A stretch of DNA of 61,298 bases, from IMG/VR virus record IMGVR_UViG_3300047408_000236, positions 1 through 61,298 of that record; one strand, given 5' to 3'. The stretch comes from a virus. Lineage: Duplodnaviria > Caudoviricetes. Positions 37,442 to 46,010 of the stretch are shown here, one piece after another (within the stretch, counting starts at the first letter, position 1; every line of letters begins with the position of its first letter). The translations under genes and the position numbers were made by a program. Under the pieces are notes generated by a model, which was not told where the DNA came from, did not search any database, and saw only the letters and a list, made by a program, of their open reading frames with translations.

Positions 37442-40147
37442 ATGGCCTACTGGCGCGGGTCGCAATACGACCGACAGCAGGCCGTTGCGCAGACTAGTCA
37501 GAACTACGATCAGGTCCATGCGACCCCGCTGATCCTGCAAGGCCAGGACAAACTCAATCCTGGCAAACAGACATTCGAGACGACACGTCCGAATGCGTTC
37601 TTACTCAGGTCGCAGCGCTTCTTTGCGCTGATCGCCAATAACTTCGATCAGGTCCATGCGACGCCGCGGCCACTGCAGGGTCGGGACGCGATGGCCGTCG
37701 GTGGATCGACGCTGGACACGCGTCGGCCGGTTGCTTATCTAGTTCGACAGACACGGCTGGCGATGACCAGCCAGCAATACGACCAGGTTCATGGCACTCC
37801 GAACCCGCTGCTAGGCAAGGATGCGCTACCAGTTGGTGGGTCGACCATTGATACACGGCGACCGACCGCATATCTGGCCAGGGCCTATCGCTACCCGGTT
37901 TACGACGGCAATTCGGGCACGGCGTTCCTGCCCGAGCAACCGACCGGTGTACCGCTCCCGCCAGGGCAATCGTCACTTGACACGCGGCGTCCGTCCGCAT
38001 TTCTGGCTCGTGCTTACAGATACCCGGTCTACGATGCCAACTCGGGGAATGGGTTCCTTCCCGAGCCGGGTGGGTCTTCGGTTGCTGGTGCTTCGCATCT
38101 GCTGCTGCCGGCCGCCCATCTTGGTCGGTTCCGATATGCGACGTATGACACGAACTCGGGCAATGCGTTCCTGCCCGAAGAGCCGGTCTCTGGACTTCCG
38201 CCAGGACAGGCGACGCTGGATACCAGGCAACCCGGTGTTGCGCGGTATCGGCTGGCGACATACGACGCGAATGCTGGCAACACGCTCCTGCCCGAGCTCG
38301 TCGGGCAAGACGCGATGGATGTCGGCGCACAGTCGTTCGACCTCCCGCCAAAGACCGCGGCGCGGTCGGTTGACCTTCTTACCTTCGTCGATCCCAGCGA
38401 AAACTGGCTATTTGGGACAGATGCACTAAACGCGGGCGAGCAGTCGTTCGATCTGCCGCCGATAGCGGTATCTCGAGCACGTGACTACTCCTGGTCGCAG
38501 GATCTCACCCCGAACCTGATCGGCCAGGATTCGATGGCTGCGGGTGCGCAGTCATATGCGCTGCCGCCGATCGGGCCGGTCCGTGCTCGCGATTACTCGT
38601 GGGTACCACCAGTCAGTCTCAGCCTGACGGCAGCCCCCGCTGGCGCACAGCTCACGGATTCGCTGCCGCCACGGGCCGCAGCTAGAGCGCGAGACTACAC
38701 CTATACCGCTGGTCTGATCCCGAATCTCGTGGGTCAGGATGCGGTCACTGCTGGCAAGGAGTTTTTCGACCTTCCGCCAGTCGGGCCGCTCCGAGCGCGA
38801 GATTACACGTTCGCGCCACCGATCAATCTCTGCTGCCTGACGACGGTCGTCCAGCCGATTCCATACGGCCAGCAGAGCACCGATTCGCTACCTGCACACT
38901 CGGCACTGCGGGCGCGAGACTACTCGTGGTCGCAAGAACTGATCCCGACTCTGATCGGGCAGGATTCGCTCAACGCAGGTAAGCAGTTATTCGACCTGGC
39001 GCCTGCACCGGCACCACTGCGAGCCAGGGACTACTCGATCAGTGAGTCGTTCCCGCTTACGCTGATCAGCCAGGACGCGGTAACCGTTGGCGAGCAGTTC
39101 ACAGCACTGCCGCCAATCGGTGCGCCGCGAGCACGTGACTACTCGTTTGTCCCGCCGGTTAACCTGCCGGCGCTGACGACCGTTGTTCAGCAGATCCCGT
39201 ACGGCCAGCAGGTTACCGACTCGCTGCCGCCACGGGCAGCCGCTCGAGCCAGAGACTACTCGATCGTCGAGTGGTTCCCGCTCACGCTCAATGGGCAGGA
39301 CGCACTCCCCGCTGGCGAGCAGCGGACCGATCTCGCACCAATAGCCGCTCTGAGGGCGCGGGACTACTCGTTTACCCCGCCGGCCTCCCTCGCGTGTCTG
39401 ACGCAGGTCGTCTTCCCGTGCGGTCAGCAGTCGACCGATTCGCTGCCACCTCGCGCGTACCCGCGACTCCGCGATTACACATGGATTCAAGAACTGATCC
39501 CAGACCTGATCGGTCAGGATCAGATGAATGCGGGCGAGCAATCGTTCGACCTCGCACCATCGCCTGCGCCACTCAGGGCGCGCGACTATTCGATCACGGC
39601 AGCATTCCCGCTCACGTTGATTGGGCGGGACGCGATGACGGCTGGCGACAGCACGCTCGCCAGCGAGAACCCGCCCAGGGCCGCGGCTCGAGCACGTGAT
39701 TACACGTGGCTGCAGACGCTGCCACTGCTCACGACGCAGATCCTGCCGGCGGGCGAGTCGAGCCAGCAAACCGAAGGCCCGCCACGTGGCCCGCTGCGCG
39801 CTCGCGATTACACGCATCTCGACCTGACCAAACGAAACCTGATCGGTCAGGACTCGATGATCGTCGGCGAGTCGACCTTCATCAGCGACCTTCCGCCGAG
39901 GCCGTATCCACGGGCGCAGGTTCTTCGCGTCCCGGACACGAACAACATGATCGGGTTGCTATCGGCGCCCGTACGCGACCTGGCGTACACGTTCAGCCTG
40001 GCCGGTGGTCACTGGGAATCCGATCTTGGCGGGAGTCACTGGGCATCCGATCTAGCCGGGAGCCGTTGGGGATCTGACGTGACTGGTAGTCATTGGGAAT
40101 CCGACCTGGCTGGTAGCCATTGGGACTTCGGTCCGTCTCAGGAGTAG
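37442..40147 (+). CDS. 901-aa tandem-repeat protein (RARDY repeats)
   Basis: Long open frame; 12 RARDY plus 1 RLRDY at about 36-aa spacing; other repeat blocks at both ends. Confidence 0.8.
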   Translation: MAYWRGSQYDRQQAVAQTSQNYDQVHATPLILQGQDKLNPGKQTFETTRPNAFLLRSQRFFALIANNFDQVHATPRPLQGRDAMAVGGSTLDTRRPVAYLVRQTRLAMTSQQYDQVHGTPNPLLGKDALPVGGSTIDTRRPTAYLARAYRYPVYDGNSGTAFLPEQPTGVPLPPGQSSLDTRRPSAFLARAYRYPVYDANSGNGFLPEPGGSSVAGASHLLLPAAHLGRFRYATYDTNSGNAFLPEEPVSGLPPGQATLDTRQPGVARYRLATYDANAGNTLLPELVGQDAMDVGAQSFDLPPKTAARSVDLLTFVDPSENWLFGTDALNAGEQSFDLPPIAVSRARDYSWSQDLTPNLIGQDSMAAGAQSYALPPIGPVRARDYSWVPPVSLSLTAAPAGAQLTDSLPPRAAARARDYTYTAGLIPNLVGQDAVTAGKEFFDLPPVGPLRARDYTFAPPINLCCLTTVVQPIPYGQQSTDSLPAHSALRARDYSWSQELIPTLIGQDSLNAGKQLFDLAPAPAPLRARDYSISESFPLTLISQDAVTVGEQFTALPPIGAPRARDYSFVPPVNLPALTTVVQQIPYGQQVTDSLPPRAAARARDYSIVEWFPLTLNGQDALPAGEQRTDLAPIAALRARDYSFTPPASLACLTQVVFPCGQQSTDSLPPRAYPRLRDYTWIQELIPDLIGQDQMNAGEQSFDLAPSPAPLRARDYSITAAFPLTLIGRDAMTAGDSTLASENPPRAAARARDYTWLQTLPLLTTQILPAGESSQQTEGPPRGPLRARDYTHLDLTKRNLIGQDSMIVGESTFISDLPPRPYPRAQVLRVPDTNNMIGLLSAPVRDLAYTFSLAGGHWESDLGGSHWASDLAGSRWGSDVTGSHWESDLAGSHWDFGPSQE

Positions 40148-40151
40148 GAAC

Positions 40152-40484
40152 ATGGAAGACCGACCCGCTCAATCCAAGGAATACGTACGCGTTAGCGTCC
40201 TCGCCGTCAACGAGAACGGGGCAGCAGTCAACCCAACGGTTGATTCAGTAGCGCTCGCCTTCATTGCCGAGGGTGATCCGGTCGTTGCCTCGTCCACGTT
40301 CATCGCTGGTACCTGGGAAACCGACGTATCTGATGCGGCCAGCCCGATCTACTACGGTCGCGTCCTGGCTGGACCAGGTGCTGCGTATATACCCGTGGCT
40401 GGCACGAACGTGGATGTGTATATCAAGGTCAGCGACAACCCTGAAGTGCCGATCGTGAAGGCCGGCACGATGCGGTTCACGTGA
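40152..40484 (+). CDS. Putative structural protein
   Basis: RBS AGGAG; C-terminal DNPEVP motif. Confidence 0.55.
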   Translation: MEDRPAQSKEYVRVSVLAVNENGAAVNPTVDSVALAFIAEGDPVVASSTFIAGTWETDVSDAASPIYYGRVLAGPGAAYIPVAGTNVDVYIKVSDNPEVPIVKAGTMRFT

Positions 40485-41257
40485 CCTCTCAGCCACCACC
40501 TCCGATTCCTCCACCACAGGCACCGTTGTACGGGGGAGCCGGCAGCACGCCGATCCCGGATCCTACGGTTCTGACGAACCAAGCTGTAGCGCAGGCTACG
40601 GACACGCTTCGCCGCGAGCTGATGGCTGCTGTGGCACTGCTGGACGCGAAGTTGGAAGGTCAGCATGACGTGATCGAAACACGTCTGGCCGGCATGGACG
40701 AGGCAGTGAGGCTGATTGCCGAATGGCGCAAGCAACTGCCAAAGGAAATCAAGGACGAGGTCAACCAACTCGAACGGCTTGGGCTTGAGCGTTTCGGGAC
40801 GATACAGGAGCGTTTCCACGGCCTGGATCGCGTAATCCAGGCCGTGGAAACGGGACTGGCCCTTCGGTTCAAGGAACTTGAGACGCGCAGTGAACGCGAG
40901 GCCCGTGACAACAAGGTGGCCGTGGACGCTGCATTCGCCGCTCAGAAGGAAGCGGCCAGTGAGCAGAACAAGTCGAACACGCTGGCCATCTCGAAGAGTG
41001 AAGCGGCGACCTCAGAAACGCTGAACAAGCAAGCCGACCTGTTCAAATCAACGACAGATGCGCTGGGCGCGCGGATCGAGGATTCCAAGCAATTGCTAAG
41101 TCGGATAGACACTCGTCTGACGGCTATCGAGAGTCGTGGCGTGCAAGTGCGCGAGACGCAGGGTCAGAGCAATTGGGTTATCGGGGCGGGGATGAGTGTC
41201 CTTGCACTGTTGATCTCACTGGCCGGGTTGATCGTGGTGCTGGTGAAACTCGGATAG
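40481..41257 (+). CDS. Coiled-coil protein with C-terminal TM anchor (lysis region)
   Basis: Long helical region followed by WVIGAGMSVLALLISLAGLIVVLV. Confidence 0.65.
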   Translation: MTSQPPPPIPPPQAPLYGGAGSTPIPDPTVLTNQAVAQATDTLRRELMAAVALLDAKLEGQHDVIETRLAGMDEAVRLIAEWRKQLPKEIKDEVNQLERLGLERFGTIQERFHGLDRVIQAVETGLALRFKELETRSEREARDNKVAVDAAFAAQKEAASEQNKSNTLAISKSEAATSETLNKQADLFKSTTDALGARIEDSKQLLSRIDTRLTAIESRGVQVRETQGQSNWVIGAGMSVLALLISLAGLIVVLVKLG

Positions 41258-41259
41258 CC

Positions 41260-41385
41260 ATGGATGACCCGCCGAGTGCGCTCGATCAGAACTTCTACAT
41301 CTTCGTATCGGCAGGGGCTGGCGTCATCCTGGCGATTGTTGGACTCGTGATTGCGTACCTCAGGAATCGCCGCCACGCGAAATAA
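41260..41385 (+). CDS. Small single-TM protein
   Basis: MDDPP...FVSAGAGVILAIVGLVIAYLRNRRHAK. Confidence 0.5.
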   Translation: MDDPPSALDQNFYIFVSAGAGVILAIVGLVIAYLRNRRHAK

Positions 41386-41457
41386 ACGTTCGGACCCAAG
41401 GAGGTTTTCCGGTGTGATTCGTCGACCCTTTCAACCTACACACGGTGGACCCTTCTT

Positions 41458-41679
41458 GTGGTTGCTCAACCTGTTTTTCACGGTACCACTGACGAATCGA
41501 CTGCTCTGGTCAATGCCATAGCGCGCAACTGTGGCTGCCAGTACGCATTGACGGGCGCACGCTCAACGACCTGCGCACCGCATCAAATGCTGATCGAGGA
41601 TCAAAGGGCGCTCGACGGCCTCGTGTTTATGCGACGTCGGGTCGAGCACTTGCGCCGCGGAGAATTCGGCGCGAAGTAA
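41458..41679 (+). CDS. Hypothetical protein
   Basis: 73-aa ORF with CxC and C..H. Confidence 0.5.
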   Translation: MVAQPVFHGTTDESTALVNAIARNCGCQYALTGARSTTCAPHQMLIEDQRALDGLVFMRRRVEHLRRGEFGAK

Positions 41680-41691
41680 GGAGCACCACTC

Positions 41692-41886
41692 ATGCCAGCA
41701 ACCGTAGGCCCAGGCATCAAGGCGCAGATGGACGCCGCGGGCGACATCCCGATCACGAATGAATGGACCGAGCCGAGTGGGGGCGCCAAGGTCGTCAAGG
41801 CGTGGGGCAAAAAGGGTTTGTACGTCGCATCTGACGACAGTGGGAACTGGGTCACTGTTGGCCCTTTCGGGGCAGCGGAAGCGTAG
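41692..41886 (+). CDS. 64-aa protein; probable N-terminal part of a frameshifted endolysin
   Basis: Strong RBS TAAGGAG; contains C CCT TTC slippery heptamer near its end. Confidence 0.7.
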   Translation: MPATVGPGIKAQMDAAGDIPITNEWTEPSGGAKVVKAWGKKGLYVASDDSGNWVTVGPFGAAEA

Positions 41887-41924
41887 CGCCTGAACCGATT
41901 CCGCCGCCGTACATCGTCAGGCGC
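41862..41924 (+). other. Candidate -1 programmed ribosomal frameshift signal (heptamer + H-type pseudoknot)
   Basis: C CCT TTC at 41862-68; stem 1 41871-80/41899-908; stem 2 GCGCCTGA 41886-93 / TCAGGCGC 41917-24. Confidence 0.7.
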
Positions 41925-41945
41925 AGCCCGAACACTAGCGGCAAG

Positions 41946-42377
41946 ATGCTCAAGTACACGGGGGTCGTGATCCACGGAACGCGCAGCGGCGTGTTCGGCA
42001 ACCCGGCCGAGGGCATCGGGACGGTGGTCTACTGCACCACGCCAGGGACCACGTCCTACAACTGGATCATTGATTACGACGGCACGATCTACGAGCTCGT
42101 CGATATCAAGAACTCGGCCTGGCATGCCACGTACTTGAATCGAAACCATCTCGGGGTCGGGCTCGCGCAGCCAACCGTCGATGACCCGATTCGTGATGCG
42201 CAGCATGCCAGCCTGAAATGGCTACTACAGAAGATCAACCACGAAAAGGGCGTGCCGCTCGTGCACGTGTTGGACGAGGATCAGCCGGGGTTGATCGAGC
42301 ACCGCGAGTCACAGCAAGGCCAGCAGTACGGGAAAAGCGATGTTGGCTACCAACTCGATTGGGCCACGATCTTGTGA
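41946..42377 (+). CDS. Endolysin, N-acetylmuramoyl-L-alanine amidase (Amidase_2)
   Basis: VVIHGT, SYNWIID.DG.I, AWHA, N...LGV, EHRE, KSD.G; frame is open upstream to 41835 and includes an SPN motif. Confidence 0.85.
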   Translation: MLKYTGVVIHGTRSGVFGNPAEGIGTVVYCTTPGTTSYNWIIDYDGTIYELVDIKNSAWHATYLNRNHLGVGLAQPTVDDPIRDAQHASLKWLLQKINHEKGVPLVHVLDEDQPGLIEHRESQQGQQYGKSDVGYQLDWATIL

Positions 42378-42389
42378 AGGAGACACACG

Positions 42390-42566
42390 ATGCCTAACTG
42401 GTTACTCTTAGTTATCGTTGGCATAGTGCTTTACGGCGCCTCGTTAGCGCCACCGATACCGCCGACGTGGAAGCCATTCCTACAATGGATTGGCGGGGCA
42501 CTCGTGTTGATCGGCATCGTGCTGCTCGTACTGCTCGTACTGCACGTGTCGTTGCCTGGCACCTGA
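42390..42566 (+). CDS. Two-TM membrane protein, holin candidate
   Basis: RBS GAAGGAG; MPNWLLLVIVGIVLYG...WIGGALVLIGIVLLVLLVLH; directly after the amidase. Confidence 0.6.
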   Translation: MPNWLLLVIVGIVLYGASLAPPIPPTWKPFLQWIGGALVLIGIVLLVLLVLHVSLPGT

Positions 42567-42575
42567 CGCTAACCC

Positions 42576-44207
42576 GTGCGCCCGCTCATCACCGCACTGG
42601 TTGCGATCCTCGCGCTCGGCGTCGTGCTGGTCCCAGGATTGGTAGGCATGGCACAGACGGCGCCGCCAGTTACCTTCCTCGAAACGTTCGACTTCGAGCC
42701 AGGTGCGCCCGTGCACTACGTGCCGCCGGGCTGGGATGTGTCGGTGGTTGCGCACGAGAACGAAACCATCGAGCCGATGTGGGCAAACCACGGCCCGAAC
42801 TGCGAGCCGCCGGATGATACGTGGCCGGGCGGTACGCCGAACGGCGTACACAATCACTTCATCTCACTGGAGCCGCAGACAACTTTCGACTGCTCGAACC
42901 ACATCATGACCAGCATGAACGCAGGCTACGGCGCGGTCTATCTGACGCCGCCGGCCATGCTCGATTTCCGCAATGGCACGGCCACGCTCGAGTGGGACAT
43001 GTCGACCGAACGCACCAGCTCACGTGACTGGGTCGACATCATGATCTTGCCGTTCGACAACCTGATGGCGCTCAACATGGTCGACTTTCATACACCCACG
43101 GACGGCATTCAGGTCGAGCTGCAGGGCGGCGGCAATGTGTTCGCGGCACATACGTTTCTGCCCGCGTTCTCGTCTGCCTGCGGCCCGCTGAGTTACGCCA
43201 AGTCAGCGTCGATCTATTACTGCGGACTGCCCTTTGATGGTTATCACCAATGGGACATGATTCAGCAGTTGTACGGCTTGCATACGTCGGCCGCGCGCAG
43301 GGATCACTTCATCATCGAGCTTTCCAAGACCCATCTGCGCATGGGCTTTCGGCCAGCGAGCGCAGTCGGCTCTCCGTTCCATCCGTACTTCTACTGGATC
43401 GATTCAGACATTCCGGGCGGGCTTCGGTTCGACGAGGGTGTCGTGCAGCTCAACCAACGGGCGTACAACCCGCTCAAGCCGTGTGGTCCTGGCGTCGGTG
43501 ACGCGGGCGCGTCCACAGTCGGCTGGCAGGGGTCGTGCAGAGCAGCCACGTGGCACTGGGACAACGTGGCGATCAGTCCCGCTACGCCGTTCACCATCAT
43601 CCCTGGCGCGCGCAAGGTGCAGTCTGGTGGCAGTGTGACGTTCCCGCTGCCGGCGCCCGCGAACTCGTTCCTGAAAGCGGCCGGCTCGCGCGGGACCGAA
43701 TATTCGTTGAACGGTACGGCGTGGCAGCGGTTGCCGGTGGTCGGGCCTGAGGGACCGGTCGAGGCTGGTGATTCATTCTGGACGGCCGTGCCCGCGGGTA
43801 CTCAGACGGTGCGGTTCCGTAACGGCTCGGTCCAGGATGTGTATCTCTATAGCCGCACACCGCGGGATGCCATCCCGATTCCGACGCCATTGCCGGCTAC
43901 GGCTACTGCCATTGCTACACGAACGCCGGTGAGCACACCAACGGCTACCCCGACCGCGTTCGTGCCGCCTACGGCGACATCAACGCTTCCGCCAGCAACG
44001 GCAACGGCTGTTGCCGCGGCGACCGCGACGGCAGTAGTGGCTGCCACCGATACGCCGACACCAACGCCTGAACCACCGGTAGACAAGCCACTCACGCCTA
44101 CGGTGATGCCGACAACGTTCGAGTGTTATGCGCGTGCCGTCGAACGGCAGGATGGCGTCGATACCGAAATCCTGGTGTTGCAGCCCAGTACGTACTGCCG
44201 GCCGTAA
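42576..44207 (+). CDS. Secreted protein with Pro/Thr-rich C-terminal linker
   Basis: Signal peptide ending near GMA-Q; PTPLPATAT...TPTPTPEPP tail. Confidence 0.7.
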   Translation: MRPLITALVAILALGVVLVPGLVGMAQTAPPVTFLETFDFEPGAPVHYVPPGWDVSVVAHENETIEPMWANHGPNCEPPDDTWPGGTPNGVHNHFISLEPQTTFDCSNHIMTSMNAGYGAVYLTPPAMLDFRNGTATLEWDMSTERTSSRDWVDIMILPFDNLMALNMVDFHTPTDGIQVELQGGGNVFAAHTFLPAFSSACGPLSYAKSASIYYCGLPFDGYHQWDMIQQLYGLHTSAARRDHFIIELSKTHLRMGFRPASAVGSPFHPYFYWIDSDIPGGLRFDEGVVQLNQRAYNPLKPCGPGVGDAGASTVGWQGSCRAATWHWDNVAISPATPFTIIPGARKVQSGGSVTFPLPAPANSFLKAAGSRGTEYSLNGTAWQRLPVVGPEGPVEAGDSFWTAVPAGTQTVRFRNGSVQDVYLYSRTPRDAIPIPTPLPATATAIATRTPVSTPTATPTAFVPPTATSTLPPATATAVAAATATAVVAATDTPTPTPEPPVDKPLTPTVMPTTFECYARAVERQDGVDTEILVLQPSTYCRP

Positions 44208-44228
44208 CCATCTTCCTCCCCCCACGAG

Positions 44229-44280
44229 ACAGCCCCTGTCTGGTCCTCTACGGACTGGGCAGGGGCTGTTTTCGTTTTTA
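44229..44280 (+). terminator. Rho-independent terminator between convergent operons
   Basis: ACAGCCCCTG...CAGGGGCTGT stem followed by TTTCGTTTTT. Confidence 0.8.
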
Positions 44281-44284
44281 TGGG

Positions 44285-45892
44285 CTAGTCGGCCGTCGCG
44301 TGGCCGCGCGTACGGTGCATGCGCTGGATGTTGACCTTCTTGGTGACCGGCTCGCCGTGGTACGGGTTGACGCAGTGCCGCGGACACGATCGTCTGTGAT
44401 CCCACTCGCCCACCGGGAACCAGCGGCCATTGGCGATCTCCCACACGACCTGATGGGCCGGCCGGTTGTTCTTCGGGCGGCCGTCAGGATACGCCCAGCG
44501 CTGGACGCCGTAGCCGTCCTTGTCGATCGAGCCTGTCCACAGCCAGCAGTCGCCTTGCGATCGGTCAATCTTGCCCAGCACCTCGCGCACCTCGATCGGC
44601 GGTAAAGGCAGCGCCGGTCGCTCAGGCTCGGGTGCCCGCCCTATCTGCTCGATGACCACCCTACGCCCGTAGGGAGGCTCTGTAGGAATAGGCGTAGGGG
44701 GTGGAACGTAGGAAGATTTGGGCGGCTTGGGGAACTTGACGAGGCGACGGATCCTGCCGTGGGCGATGTAGGCAGTGAAGTCCTGCATATTGGCGGGGTC
44801 GAGGTCGCGGTAGTCGAGGCCGAGCCGGTCAGCGGCTATTTTCTGGAGTGGCTTGAGTTCCTGGGCGAAGTAGACGCGGGTGCTGATATTGGCACTGATG
44901 CCGTCGTTGAGATCCGATTCGGCCTGGGTGAGGTCGTCGACTGCGATTTTGCGGCGGCGGCCGGCCCGGTGGAATGGTTCTGCGAGGTCGATGCGTTCGC
45001 CGAGTTGGCCGGCTTCTTCGAAGATCAAGCGAAAGCCGCCGGGTACGAGTGACGCGCAGCGTTTGGCTTCGGCCAGACCGAGTGCAACAACGTCGCCGCC
45101 GAGTGATGGGTGATCGAAGGAATCGTTGTCGAGCAGGACGCTGATGCCGCGGTTCAGGAGGTCGGCAATGTCGACGCCGTCGGGGCCGATGCTAGTACCG
45201 AACTGGTCGGCCAGGTCGAGGAATCTGGCCACCCAACCGGCACAGACGGTGCGCAGCTCGCGGTCCGACTTGACGGTCTGCTCGAGCCGCTCGCCAATCA
45301 AGCGTAGGGTCCGTTCTTCTCCGCGGGCGTCCAGTTGACGGATCACGTCGGCGGTGGCACGGCGGGCAGCCCGTTTCCAGGCGCCTACGCCACCCGAGCG
45401 GAATACTTCGGTGAGTCGTTCGGCTACTTCGGTTGGTGAGCCAATCAGAAAGTTGACCGGGTTGGTGCTGACGCACGCGGTCCAGCGGAAGCCGTGCAGG
45501 CGCACTACGGCGTCGACCAGTGGGTCAGACAGATCAGGTGTGGCTACCAGTGCCACTCGTTTGCCGTCGAGCCTGACGGTTGCAACGGATGCGCTCTTGC
45601 CGGCTCCAGTTGGCCCGAGCCAGGCGCAGTGTGGCTTTCTTGTCCGATCGATGACCAGCCCATCGACCTTCATCAGATCGTGTGGCGGGCGAAGGCTCCA
45701 CCACCAGCGGCGGAACAGCGGCGTATTGGTTGGACGTCGGACTATGACGTCCTTGGCGGAACCGTTGTCAATCTTGCCACGATCATTGCCAGGCATGATG
45801 ACAAACAAAAGCCCTGCTACTCCGAGAAGCAGCAGGGCTGTACGCGTCTGATCGTTCTGTTGGAGAAACTCAGCCAGTGATGTCGGGTTCAC
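44285..45892 (-). CDS. VirD4/TraD-like coupling ATPase fused to a C-terminal HNH endonuclease domain
   Basis: N-terminal TM, Walker A GPTGAGKS, Walker B LIFEEAG, GR..K..V...TQ; Pro-rich linker; then CWLWTG..DKDGYG...AHQVVW...DH...C..CVNP.H...VT...N. Confidence 0.7.
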   Translation of the reverse strand: MNPTSLAEFLQQNDQTRTALLLLGVAGLLFVIMPGNDRGKIDNGSAKDVIVRRPTNTPLFRRWWWSLRPPHDLMKVDGLVIDRTRKPHCAWLGPTGAGKSASVATVRLDGKRVALVATPDLSDPLVDAVVRLHGFRWTACVSTNPVNFLIGSPTEVAERLTEVFRSGGVGAWKRAARRATADVIRQLDARGEERTLRLIGERLEQTVKSDRELRTVCAGWVARFLDLADQFGTSIGPDGVDIADLLNRGISVLLDNDSFDHPSLGGDVVALGLAEAKRCASLVPGGFRLIFEEAGQLGERIDLAEPFHRAGRRRKIAVDDLTQAESDLNDGISANISTRVYFAQELKPLQKIAADRLGLDYRDLDPANMQDFTAYIAHGRIRRLVKFPKPPKSSYVPPPTPIPTEPPYGRRVVIEQIGRAPEPERPALPLPPIEVREVLGKIDRSQGDCWLWTGSIDKDGYGVQRWAYPDGRPKNNRPAHQVVWEIANGRWFPVGEWDHRRSCPRHCVNPYHGEPVTKKVNIQRMHRTRGHATAD

Positions 45893-46010
45893 TGATGAGC
45901 ATTAGCCACAGCAGCATCCCCGCTGCCGCGAACACGGCCACCCACCATCCCAGGAACGCTACCGCTCCAACCAGAAGCCCGATCTTCGCTAGTCGCATTG
46001 CCCACGCCAT
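45870..46010 (-). CDS. 46-aa membrane peptide overlapping the 3' end of the VirB4-like gene
   Basis: GAGG RBS; MAWAMRLAKIGLLVGAVAFLGWWVAVFAAAGMLLWLMLISEPDITG. Confidence 0.45.
   Translation of the reverse strand: MAWAMRLAKIGLLVGAVAFLGWWVAVFAAAGMLLWLMLISEPDITG

Noticed and set aside
40005-40130. 27-bp-period DNA repeats as a DGR or non-coding repeat
   Set aside because: They encode the in-frame HW.SDL.GS peptide repeats with synonymous variation; no reverse transcriptase is present.
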